DNA of 64,000 nt, taken from Rhina ancylostomus. Taxonomy: Eukaryota. Positions within the stretch are counted from its first letter, which is position 1, and each line of letters opens with the position of its first letter. The notes beneath the pieces are model-generated. The model saw nothing but the letters and a program-made list of their open reading frames with translations, made no database searches and was not told the DNA's origin. The DNA lies in NCBI GenBank assembly GCA_030265395.1, contig JARFYF010000062.1, forward strand, positions 20,981,680 to 21,045,679, read 5' to 3'. The translations under genes and the position numbers were made by a program. Shown piece by piece: positions 50,280 to 62,400 of the stretch.

Positions 50280-53215
50280 AAAGGGCAGTGAGAAAGATCA
50301 ACGTGCAGTGGGGACGGGCAGGGTGAAGGTGAAGTGGGAACAGGGCACAGTCTAGGAACAGTGGGGAGAATGGAGGGTAAAGGTTCAGTGGGGACAGGGA
50401 GAATGAAGGTGAAGTGGGGACTGGGCAGGGTGAAGTTGCAGTGGGAACCGGACAGGGTGAAGTTGCAGTCGGGACAGGGAGACTGAAGGCGCATTGAGGA
50501 CTGGGCAGGTTTGAAGGTGTAGTGGGGATCGGGCAGGGTGAAAGAGCAGTGGGGGAAGGGCACAGTGAACGTACAGTGGGGAACAGGCACGGTTAAGGTG
50601 CAGTGGGGACGTGGAGAACGAAGGTGAAGTGGGGACCAGGTAGGGTTATGGTGCAATGGTGACTGGGTAGGGCAAAGCGGCAGTTGAAATTCGGCAAGAT
50701 GATGTTGCAGTGGGTTCCGTGCAGAGTAACGTTTCAGTTAGCACCCGGCAGATTGAAGGTGTCTTTAGGACAAGAAAGGGAAAAATGGAGTTGGGACCAC
50801 GCAGGGTGAAGGTGCAGTGGGGAAGGGGCACGGAAAAGTTACAGTTTGTTATCTACAGGTTGACGATTCATTGGGCACCGGGCAGGTTGAACGTGCAGCT
50901 GGGACATGGCAGTTGAAAATGCAGTGTGGACGACGAACGGTGAAGTTGCATTCGGAACCGGGCACGATGAATTTGCATTGGGGAACGGGCGGTGTGAAGT
51001 TGCAATGGGGATCGGGCAGGGCGAAGGTGCAGTGAAGGCCGCGCAAGATGAAGGTGCAGTGGGGACCGGGAAGGGCGAAGGAGCAGTGGAAACTGGACAG
51101 GGTGAAGCTGCTGTGGGGAACGGGCAGTTTCAATGTGCATTGGGGACAGAGAGGGTTGAATGTGCGGTGGGAACTGGGCAGGGTTAAGGTGCAGTGCTTC
51201 CTGGGCAGGGTGAAACTGCTGTGGGCCAGGGCTCTGGGGATATGCAGTTAAGGCTGGGCTCGGTGATGGAGAAGTGGGGAACGTTCTGTATGAAGGGGCA
51301 GTGGACAGCGTGCATCGTGAAGTTGCAGTTGTTATCGAACAGGGCGAATGTGCAGTGATTGCAGGCAGGGAGACGTTGCAGTTGGTTCTGTGCAAGGTGA
51401 CATTTCAGTGGGAACCAGGCTGCATAGGTGCATTGGGGACCGGGCAGGCGGAATCTACAGTGTGGATCGGACAGTGTGAATCTGCAGTGGGGACCGGGCA
51501 GGGTAAAGGTGCAGTGGGCACCGGACAGTTTGAAGATGCAGTTGGTTCGCTGCATTCATGCTGACGCAGAAGGACGAACGTGCAGTTGGGAACAGAAAGG
51601 TGAAGGTGAAGTGGGGACAGGGAAAGGTGATGGTTCAGTGGGGACCGGGCAGCGTGACGGGGCAGAGGGGACTTGGGAGTACGAAGTTGCAGTTGAGATC
51701 TTGAAAGGCGAATGCGCAGTTGGAACTGGGCCGTGCGAAGGTGCAGTGGTTACCGAGCAGAGTGAAGATTAATTGGGGACCGGAAAGGGTGAAGGTATAG
51801 TGGGGACGGGGCAGGGTAAAGGTGCATTGTGGACCGGGCAGCGTGATGGTGACGTGGTGAGCGGGCAAGGTGGTGCAGTGGACACTGGGCAGTGTGAAGG
51901 TGCAGTGGGGACTGGGAAAGGTGAAGATGCGGTGGGGATCGGGCAGGGTGAAAGCGCATTGGGGACCTTACAGCGTGAAGGTGCAGTGGGGTCTAGGATG
52001 TGTAAATGGGCAGTGGGGACCAGGCAGAGTGAATATGCAGGGCGTAGTTGAAGTTTGAACCGGAGTTTCAAACTCCGAACCGAAGTTTGAAGGTGTAGTA
52101 GAGACCGGGCAGGGTGAATGGTCTGTGGGGTCTGGACACTGTGAAGGTGCGGTGGAGACCGGGAATGGTGAATGTGCAGTAGTCACCGGACAGGGTGATA
52201 GTGCAGTGTGTATGTGGCAGGGAACGTTTGGAGTTCGTTTTGTTCAGGGAACCCGGCCGTGTGCAGGTGTAATGTGGACCGGGCAGTGAGAATGTGAAGT
52301 GGAGTCCGGGCTTGTTGAAGCTGCAGTGGGGACTGGTCTGGATGAGGTGCAGTGGGGACCGGGCAGATTCAAGGTGCTGTGGGAACGGGGCAGAGTGAAG
52401 GTTCAGTGGGAACGAGGCAGGGTGATGGTGCAGTGGGCACGAGGCAGGGTGATGGTGCAGTGGGCAGCGGTCCGTTTGAAGGTGTAATTACTGCCGGGCA
52501 GGGTGAAAGAGCAGTGGGGGCTGGGCAAGCTGAAAGAGCACGTGGTCGCTTTGTATTGAAAGGGCATGTGGACCATCAGGGTTAATGTGAAGAGGGGATC
52601 AGAAAGGGTGAATGTGCAGTCGGGACCGGGCAGGGTGCAGTGGTGACCAGGCAGGGTGAAGGTGCAGTGTTGATCGGGCTCGGTGAAGGTGCAGTGTGGA
52701 CCTGGAAGGTTGAGTGTGCAGTGGGTTCTAGGCAGGGTGAAATTGCAGTACCTGCCGGGCAGGGTGAAAATGCAGTGTGGACCAGGCAGAGTGAAGTAGC
52801 AGTGGGGACTGGCTGGCTGAAGGTGCAGTGGGGTCCGCGCAGGATGAAGGTACAGTGGGGTCTGGGAAGGGCGCAGTTCAGTGGGAACCGGGCAGGGTGA
52901 ATGTTCAATGAGGACCCGTCAGGGTGAACCTGCAGTGGGGACGGTTCAGGGTGAAGGAGCTTTGGAGACAGGTCTGGATGAAGGGGGAGTGTAGCTCGGC
53001 ATGACGAGGTTGCAGTAGGGTCCGGCAGTGCCAAGGTGCAGGGGTACTTGGCAGGGTGAATGTTCAGTGGGAACCTGGCATGGCAGCATGAAGGTGCAGT
53101 GGGGACAAGGCAGGGTAACGGTGCAGTGGGGATTGGGGAGGGTGAAGGTGCAGTGAGGCCTGGGCAAGGTGAAGGTACAGTGGAGACTGTGCATTATGAT
53201 CGTGCAGGTGACCTG
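50280..53215. repeat. G-rich degenerate minisatellite, 27-bp unit GGGCAGGGTGAAGGTGCAGTGGGGACC
   Basis: Roughly 100 diverged units; translate as GTGQGEGAV, VKVQWGPGR or PHCTFTLPG depending on frame and strand. Confidence 0.93.
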
Positions 53216-53229
53216 AAGTTGAATGTGAA

Positions 53230-53760
53230 TGACATTTCCTTCCATCCTCTCAAAACTTGCTGCAAATCCTTCCTCCGATTTTGCACCCTTTGCCAGAGGA
53301 AATGCTGCCTAATTCTGTATCTCGTTCAACACTGATTATCTGCCGCTTCATTAAGACTCCCCTCACCTTTCGTTCCACCAAAAACATATCCGCTTTCTCC
53401 AATAAATTTTCGTCCTACAAACTTTCCACCTGGAAGAATATATGTGTAAATATCCACTGCTGTCCCTCCAGTCAAATCACATCATTGTTGTAATTTGGGA
53501 ACGATACCTCGCCGCCATGCTGAGACTATAACCAAACTGGTGTGACAACCACTTTACACAGAATATCTTGGCTCCAATATAACAGAGAAGAGCGCCTGTT
53601 TTCTGGCTCCATTTCAGATGCCTGTGACATTCCCCACCACCTTTGAAGATGTATGCACGCACAATCCATTTCACAGAGTGATTTACCTTCAAACAGAATA
53701 ACATCATGGATCTCTAGACGACAGTTTTCGTTCAACATTCACATCAATTCTCCCCAGATT
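53230..53760 (+). mobile_element. very decayed LINE (Rex/RTE-like) fragments; similar tracts at ~55380-56040 and ~56600-57130
   Basis: A/C-rich pseudo-coding composition resembling non-LTR RT regions; no clean motif. Confidence 0.3.
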
Positions 53761-54539
53761 CGACAATTCATCTTACCCATTGTGTAACTACAGCAGTGAA
53801 AGAAACGACTAACTCACACATCTTTGGATGAGAGTGGAAACCGGTTCATTCGGAGGGAATTAACGCGCTGACAGGGAGAACGTGCAGAAAACACAGACAG
53901 CACCAAACTTCAACCTGAATCCCTGGTCGCTTGAACTGTAAGGCAGGAAATCCAGCAGCCGAGCCACTGCGCCGCCCATGGACAAGAAGAATTCAGAATC
54001 TGACACCGAGCTCAGTAATGAGGTTTCAGACAGTGTAAAAATGACCAAGAGCAGAAATCAACAGATCTCCCTCCAGCTGCAACACTGTACATTCACAGTA
54101 AATCAAATACGGCGAAGAATGCAGAGACTGCCAGTGAACAAGGTCGGGAGGTCTGAGGCATGCAGGGGAATCACCATTGATTCTCATGTAAATTGAGTGA
54201 CTGTGGGAAGCTTACCTCTGACCGCACATTCCTCTGTGTGTGACAAAACTTACACCGCACCAACCCATCCACTTCCCTTTCCAGGAGCTTATACCTGTGT
54301 GTCCTCTGACACCAGAAGACTTTTTCCAGTACCGTCTCCCCAGGCTTAGTGTCCCGCAGCTCACAGACATATTCCCAACTGGAACAGGTGCTGCCTTTCT
54401 CCATGATATTTCTCACCACACACCACTGTGACAGTACCGACACCCACAAAAGGTCAGCTGTGCAACAACCTTCTTCAGTCATCTGGTGCGAGGGCTCGGG
54501 AACCACAAGGGTTCCCCTCACGGAGCAACAAGTGCGGGA

Positions 54540-54947
54540 TGTCACAATGTTGATCAAAGAGAAAGCTCGCAGAGAACCCAAATGTAGCACACCGATACAA
54601 GACTGGAGTCAGGTTACTTCCTTAGGACAAAACACAGGAGTCAACTGGAAGGAATCTTGCCTCAGAGATCTGAAGAGGAATACCAACACGAACTGGATCT
54701 TCAAAAGGGAATAGAGAACACAGTACTGCTCTAGAGTAGTCCACTCTAAGCAGCTAGGAACCAAAGTATATCCAAAGGTAGACCAGTACTCTGACAACTA
54801 GTGCGAGAGAAACCCAGGTGCTTATGTTAGGCCCCTGATGGGGCTCAGGTGTGTGTCATTGTGCGAACAGTCCAACTTGGAATCCATGTGCTGTACAACA
54901 AGGCATTAAAGGATCCCAATTGAGGGCCAGTACTCAGAACCATGACA
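54540..54947 (-). mobile_element. solo LTR family A, full length
   Basis: TGTCA...TGACA termini; reverse complement of 3561-3963; no clear TSD. Confidence 0.8.
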
Positions 54948-57471
54948 AGAGGTACAAACCCGGACTTGAACCTCGTCCGTCACCCAATTCCACGCGCCAG
55001 GTCTGATCTCAGATTCAGGCAGAATATGAACATATTCATGATTGAAATGTACTCTCCAATAACAAGACCCCATCTCTCTGGACCACAGTCTGAATTGTAC
55101 TTCAACCAGGAACAACGAAACACAAATATCACCACAAGGTAAAAAGAGAACCGGAAAAACTGATCCATTTCTGGAGACGGAGCATCACATCGATGGACCA
55201 GCGTGGAAATTTAAAAAATGCTCTGGATCCTGAAAATCCAAAATAAAAAAAAAGCAAAAACGATGCATAAATGGAAATGCTGGAAGATGCTGGGCAGATC
55301 CCAGCAGGTCAGACTGTACAATGTTGTCCCAGATTTTGATACAGCAAATTCCCAGTTGCATCAAAGACACACACCACTCTACACAGATTATTAACTTTGT
55401 GTAACTACAGCAGTGCAGTTACAACTAGGCTTTGCTCAAACTAACTTTCTGTGTCCTGACAAACAATGACTTTGAATTCAATAAGAATGCTACTTGCAAG
55501 TTAAAGGGACAACAACAGGGAAGAAGTTTGCCGCAGCTTATGCCAATAAATTTATGGCAGTCTGGGAAGAGACGGTCTTCTAGAAGTGCCGCAGGCGACC
55601 AATGTTTTATTACAGTCACCTCGATTACATTTGTGGAGTGTGGACACATTCAAAAACGGATTTTGAGGGAGGCATTCAAATCTTTGATAACCATCGTCCA
55701 AGGCCAAATCCTTAACAACCAAAGAGAAAGCTGACTTTCTGGACACTACCGTTTTCAAATTGGCATTAGAAAATGAGGGCCACAAATCTGCCGTCAAAAA
55801 TTTCTTTTGAAAACAAGAGACACGCACACCCCCTTGCACGCTACAAGCCACCATCCGGAACACACATTCAAAGGCAGAGTGAATCACACCATATGCAGTT
55901 TCATCACATTTGCATCAAGTAGGAGGAATTCAACCACTCAACTTCACCACATCATTCTGACTTCACTACATCAACGTGGACTTCACAACATGGGCAACAC
56001 ATGACACAGACAAAGGAGTTCAACTCTCCGTTCAACGGCAACATCATCTCACCCATTTCCACCTATTGCCTCCGCTCTTCCTTTGCCGTTTTCAGGAACT
56101 TACTTTCTCCCCTTTTCAGTCCGAATCAAGTGAACTTGACCTGAATCCTTCACTATTTCTCATTCCACAGATGACGCCTGACCTGCTGAGCTTTGTCAGC
56201 AGTTCAGGGTTTCACTACAGACCAGAGAGGATTTATTCACGAATGTGGAAATATTCCGCGCCACCTGTGAATAAAGAAAGTGGATGGAAGTGAAACCCGA
56301 GTGTGTCTCTGGCAGTCGGGCGACAACACCGACTCACACCCGGGCGGGAGCATTAACGGCTGATCTACAGTCACTGAAAGAGAAAGGAAGTCATTGACAG
56401 CAGTTTAGATTGCCTCAGTGCTGTAACAGCCGGGAGACCCAGGGACACCCATCCTGGGTTAAATCACGATGTATTCTACATACTGGGACCACTATGTATT
56501 CTACATACTGGGACCACTATGTATTCTACATACTGTTTAAAATATATTTTACATACTGTATTTTACATAATGGGTTACTCTTCCCTGCACACACACCCGG
56601 AATTTACACTGTAAACTCACACTGTGACTGCTGACCTGACACTGGCGGCTGTTAACACATCACACTGCAACAGCTTCAGCAGTCAAAGTACAACACGACA
56701 ACTCTACCTGAGATCACAGATTGAATGAAGGCACCGGGTTAAATTGAAAGCAACAGCAGTATGGAGCAGATCTCACCCAAAGACTTGGACAGCAGTGCAA
56801 CAGGCCATTAATCTGGTCCAGGTCTATCACCAGCACCTACAGAGTTAACAGAGATGAACAGTGCGAGTACCTGTGTGGATTTACGCACCAGGAACACCGA
56901 CAGCTGCCAGAACTGGATAGTAAATAGCCAGGACTTGTCCAAGTATCCGGGTTCCCATGTTCGCGGATAAGTGTTCATTCGTCTGCTGATGCAACATACC
57001 AGGCCAGTTGCCAAACCAGTGCTGAGATTTTCACCGGAGCTCTTATGATAAGAGGAGGGAACTCTCCAGCCGCACAAGTCTCCCGATCATTGACGTTAGT
57101 TCCACTCACTGAACAACCAGGTTACATCAGCTACTCCCAGAATAGCGCAGCCGTGGTAATTCCATACTTAAAGTGACACGCCAATGATCAGAATGTAACC
57201 TTCGGCAGAAAGCACAGGGTAAAGTGTACAGGAGCTGTGCCACCGTAGGTAAGGGATCACCAAGGATCCCGGGGCTTCACTATTTGGGGTGACACTGTTT
57301 ATGACTGTGACCTGCCCTAGCCACACCGGGCTCTGGGGTGTATGGTGCCTGGAACTCAATGAACCCATTCTGGTGCTGCAACTGTGGGAATGTGCAACAG
57401 GGGACGGAGGTTAGAACAAAGTTAAAGGTAAAATGTCGATAGGTGTTGGTAACGTGATCATCTTCTCACAG

Positions 57472-57769
57472 CAATGGAAGGACGGCGCCTCCTCACCTGG
57501 CCTGGTCCGTGTGTGACTCCAGTCCAGCAGTGTGGTTGTCCCTGCAGTGCCGTGTCCGGCTGCTGCTTCTACCGATGCCCGAGGGGAGAAAAAAACCCAA
57601 AACACAGGGCTGTTGGGCGTGTCGGACAAAGGCGTGTCCGAGGGCAACGTGTGTGGGTGAGGATATGCGGGGCGGTCTGTGTGGGTGGCTCCTGGTATCA
57701 CCTGTGTGAAAGGTATTTTACCTGGTGCACTGAGCCCCAGTATCAGTGAGGAGGAGCAGAGAGTGGCAG
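57472..57769 (+). pseudogene. possible decayed Ig-like domain exon
   Basis: TTCTCACAG acceptor, CAG|GTATGT donor, ~298 bp; fragments LSLQCRV, CFYR, GSWYHLC in shifting frames. Confidence 0.25.
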
Positions 57770-57839
57770 GTATGTGTGTGCCGCTGACCTGTGATGCTCT
57801 GAGTCCCGAGCGGTCCCATCAGATTTATAAATTCATCCA

Positions 57840-58365
57840 TTCATGTAAGAGTACAGGACGGATACAAGCCCTTCGGCACAACCTGTCCGCACAACGTCGC
57901 CGTGTACACTAATTCCATTTCCCTGCGTTGGGTCCATGTTCCCCTAAAACGTTCATCTCCCCGTCCCACTCAATGCGTTTGCTTTGACCGTGTCATTGTA
58001 TCTGCCTCAACCACCTCCTCTGGCAGCTCGTTTCATTTACCCATTGACCCACCACTGTCTGTGTGGAACACTCACACCTCAGACTCCCTGTGAATATTTT
58101 CCTTAACTCTATGCCCTCGACGGTGAGATTCCCCCACTCTGGGAAGAAGAGAGTGACTGTGCCTCTAATAATTTTACAAACCTCTGTACGGTCAACTTCA
58201 GCAGCTTTCACTCCAGGGAAAACAGTCCCAGGCAATCCAAGCCATCAAATCAATCCAGCGAACATTGTTGTCAAGCTTTCCTGCACCCTCCCCATTTTAA
58301 TCACATCCTTCTTATAGCATTGGATTAGAACTTCACACCAACACCTTGCATAACTGTACAACTCC
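57840..58365 (-). mobile_element. CR1 3' fragment
   Basis: ACAAGCCCTTCGGCAC tail; GCCTCAACCACCTCCTCTGGCAGCTCGTTTCA. Confidence 0.72.
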
Positions 58366-58368
58366 CGT

Positions 58369-59455
58369 ATTTACCACCATCATTGTCATTTCAAAATCGA
58401 CACAGTAAGTGTTGGATAAAAGGTCGCCAGTAGTTCTATGACCCACCCTCCCACGGTACACTGGGCGGGATCATCGTCGATCGGAAACTAAACATGGACG
58501 GTTGGATTTGTTGACGAACGGTACTGAGGCGAACTTCACCACTTGCGTGTCAGGTTAATTCGTTGCACGTCTTCACGGTGAGCATTCAGCGCTGCTGCAA
58601 AACTTCACAACAGTCCCAACGCTACATTACTCTAACACTGAAATTCAAATGGTGGACCGGAGAAGGGACCGGCTTCAGATCAACACTCTCCCAATGAGAC
58701 CCACCATTACAGAAAGGGAAAGCCCGCCCGTCTGAGAACGGCTGAGGCGATGGCAATATTTGAAAAACGAAGAGAAGTGCGTTTCTCAGCTTCTAACGTA
58801 TTCCCTGCTCAGGATCAGAGAGCCGGAGAAGGAGGGTTAGAATCTTGTTGGAGTTCTTGCTGTATTGATATTGAAAAAGGTAGTGCCGTGTGCTGTTGGG
58901 ATTGGTTGGACAACAGTTGACGTGTGGTGTCTGGGCAGCTTTCAGTTTGGGCTGTCAGTTGCAGTGGTCACTCTGCCCATTGTCCCTCTGTGCGGAAAGA
59001 CGTTCCATCTGAGAGACAGCATATCAGTTGCCGGATTGAATTATTGGATGGAGATCAACTACTTGAATGATCAACTTACGCATCTCACAATGGGTTAATA
59101 CCAGAGAGAACACATCAAATGTTGATACTGCTGTTGAGTACAAATTATTGTCAGATGCTGTCTATAACAGACACCACTAAAAAGCCACATTACATTGAAG
59201 TACAGATGTGAATTGTAAATTGGTTTATTATTGTAAAATGTACCCAGGTGCAGTAAAACACTTTGATTTTGCATGAAGATTATTTCAGTACATCAGTGCA
59301 TGGAGGACGTAGAAGGGTAAAGCAATAACAAAATGCACGAAAAAGTGTGACAATTCCGTAGAAAGTGCAGGCAGTCAATAACGTTGAAGGCCATGATGAT
59401 GTACATCGTGAAATTAAGAGTTCATCTTATCACACAAAAGGTTCGTTCAGTAGGT
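58369..59455 (+). repeat. segmental direct repeat, copy 1 (copy 2 = 62903-64000)
   Basis: Collinear ~1.1 kb, roughly 85-90% identical by eye, including a shared LINE 3' end. Confidence 0.92.
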
Positions 59456-59571
59456 TTATCACAACGGGATAGAGGTCCTTCAGCTGGCTGGTGGGTGCTT
59501 TCAGGCTTTTTTATCTTCTGCCGATAGGATGGGGAAGAGAGTGTGTCTGGTGTGGGACAGGTTTGTGGAGG
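59215..59571 (-). mobile_element. Rex1/Babar-like LINE 3' end (also ~63750-64000 and ~61075-61215)
   Basis: TTGGTTTATTATTGT..ATGTACC.AGGT.CAGT.AAA head and GCTTTCAGGCTTTTTTATCTTCTGCC motif. Confidence 0.65.
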
Positions 59572-59671
59572 NNNNNNNNNNNNNNNNNNNNNNNNNNNNN
59601 NNNNNNNNNNNNNNNNNNNNNNNNNNNNNNNNNNNNNNNNNNNNNNNNNNNNNNNNNNNNNNNNNNNNNNN

Positions 59672-60359
59672 TTGGTGGTCCCGGGTGAGTTCCTACCCGC
59701 CCCTCGGGGGCCAGAGGAAGAACCTACTGCGACGCTCAACCGGCTGCGTGAGTGACTTGGCAACCTGGCCCCGATTCCCACCTCGCAACACGGACAGATT
59801 CCGACCCGGATGCCGACATCCCTCCGCGACTGCAAGTTTGTATTTGTCAGGAGAGGCGCGCACCGAACACCACTGCAGCGGCTGTACGAAGGGCCGTTCC
59901 GTGTCGTCAAGGACAATGGGGCTACGTTTGTGTTGGACATTGGGGGGCGTGAGGAGGTTTTTACAATTGACGGGCTGAAGCCGGCTCATTTAGACCTGGA
60001 CCAACCAGTACTGGTCCAGCCGGCACGACGCAGGGGCAGGCCATCCAAGTCATAGTTTATTTATTCCTGGTTTTTACGACGATATTGCCGGTTCTGGGGG
60101 AGGGGTTATGTGGTGACTTACATTTCACGAACCGGCTCACACGATTGCGAGCGTCGTCGGAGGCCCCGACACAAGATGGCACGGTGCACTCCTTCTTGTG
60201 GGCTAGTGAAGCCCGCGCGCGGGAAGGTCACGTGACCTGCGCGTGACGTCAGCGCGGGAACGGTGTTTATTAAAGGGACAGCGCACCCCAGTCGTTCATT
60301 CGTCTCTTGGACTCCAAACAAGTGTCCTGTGTCTTTATTCAGTGTAGCTAGCCGCTACA
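59672..60359 (+). mobile_element. Gypsy LTR retrotransposon 3' end: integrase C-terminus (59672-60055), PPT, 3' LTR 60109-60359
   Basis: LVVPGEF..., FVFVRRGAHRTPLQRLYEGPFRVV..IDGLKPAH (GPY/F module); GGGGGAGGGG PPT; LTR TG...CA. Confidence 0.92.
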
Positions 60360-60945
60360 ACATATCCCATTTCACTATTTTATATGAGCCAATATTTATA
60401 ATTAACGATGCTCCTTGGCTTTGCAATGTGAAGTTAATATTTTGTGCCTCTGTAGCATGTGTTGCATTTGACTGCATTCATATTATTTTTATTCCGTGCG
60501 TTATATTCATTATTATATTACTGCTCAACGCACTCACCATCAGACACAATTTTTTGACCATTAAGTTTGAAAAAGACTTTGGTCAACAAAACTGGAAAGA
60601 AGCAGACAGAGGGAGAGATGGAGTTCCGGAAAATCTGTTGTTTTGCTCGTCTGTATTTACGGTTGTTTCAACGTATTATGTATTTTGTTTCTCACCCGAT
60701 TTCTTGATGTCCGTATTACTAAACTGAATGATTTTTCTGGTTCTAATTTTAATGGTTCCAAATTTCTTATGGAGGAAATTGCATGCATGCTTCAATTCCT
60801 GTATTTATATTAACAGATTTATTTATGTAGGATCCCAGAACCAATTCAGAGTGTCGTTAAAGAATTGTGTGAAATATCTGAATCTAATTTTTTTTATCAC
60901 TCGAACTATAATATTTGCATTTAATTTCATTTACAAACTCTTGTA
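60360..60945 (+). pseudogene. GPR139-like pseudogene, 3' half
   Basis: YEPIFIINDAPWLCNVK..AFDCIHIIFIPCVIFIIILLLNALTIRH; later NRFIYVGSQNQFRVSLKNCVKY; frameshifts. Confidence 0.82.
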
Positions 60946-61899
60946 ATACCTTTGAATGTAGTAAAAATCAAAGATTTTCCCTTGATGCAGATAGATTTTC
61001 TTCCATTCAGGATTCTTCATTGAATACAACGCTGGGTAGCTGCTCATGAAAACAACCTAAAAATCAATATGGAATTTGGTAATTTAATTTATAGCTATGT
61101 CCCATGTCGCGAGGTACAGTGAAAAGATTTGTTTTGCATGCCATCCACACAAATAATTTCATCACGTCAGTACATCGAGGTATTAATAGGGAAAACAATA
61201 ACAGATGCACAGAACAACTGAATACACTACAGATTTTTTAGTTTTCGTATTGGACACCTGGCACCTGCAGTTTTTGCATCCTTCATCCTTGACCATCTGC
61301 TTATACATGTTGCGATTCGCACAACTTCTCGAGTACTGATTTCCCACCCTGATATATTTTACTCGAGCAGCCTCGTCCGAAGGGGAATAAGAAATAATAT
61401 GAAGCTGTGATCAACTGATTGGTATTTATTAATACAGTTGTTCATACAGATGATATTGAGGGTCACGTGTTACCAGTGACAAGAAATGGAAGCAGCTTCG
61501 TGGCGGAAATGTAAATGTCAGCGAGCTGGCACGCAGCGACGGTCGCAGCTCTTGGATGCACAGGAACTCCCATATTTTGAGCAAATAAATTATTTTTTTT
61601 AAAAATATGCACGAATTAGTCATGGATGCAAGGAAAACTGGGACATTTTACACGTATTCTGTGGTTTGAGGGAGACAGGAATTTTGGGGCCATATTTCTC
61701 ATTTCTACTGCTATCCCTTGCTTTCCTATCTTCTGATGAGGATTTAATGAGGAATGTTAAAGGACGGCCAGTATATGCAGAGATTTTACCGTTGATAAAT
61801 GGGCGAGTGAGTGTTCTGATGCATGAGGTAACTGCCATGCAGCAGATGGAGATATGGCCATCTATAGACAATTGGCTAATCAAGGGAGACTAAGATATT

Positions 61900-62400
61900 G
61901 CACAAATGTGTCAGTTCATGTTGGCAATGCATAATCAGTAATGTGCCACAGGGTTAAGCTCTCGGACCTAAACTAACAATGAATGTTAATGATGGAAGAG
62001 GCAATTATCGTGCCACGTTTGTTGATGATGTAAGTATAGGTGGGGAAGTTAGAATTCTGCGGAGGGAAACAGACAGATTCGGTGAATGGGTAATACCCTA
62101 CCCGACGGAATGTAATATGAGGAAGTGTGAGATCCTCCACTTTTGTAGCAGTAATAATAACTGGGAGCTGGTCATTGCTCAGGTGGGGCAGGAGACACAA
62201 ACTGTCACTGCACAAATCAGCAAGTGATTATCAATGCAAATGAATAGTGGATTTTGCTTTAAAAGGAAAAGAGTATGAACGCCACGGAATATTTTACAAG
62301 GAAATCGAGAAGCCTCGACTGGAATAAAATATTAGCTTCCTTTTTCAAGGAAGAAATACTTTAATGACATTTCAGAGAAAGTTTACTGCAATGATTGTTG
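61900..62400 (+). mobile_element. decayed CR1/L2-type RT fragment
   Basis: VPQG-like GTGCCACAGGG, FVDD, CNMRKCEILHF. Confidence 0.6.

Noticed and set aside
50276-53335. Gly-rich and Pro/His/Cys-rich ORFs
   Set aside because: Translations of the 27-bp minisatellite on both strands with frequent frameshifts; not called as CDS
56470-56535. 25-bp tandem duplication TGTATTCTACATACTGGGACCACTA
   Set aside because: Only ~2.5 units; ordinary slippage duplication
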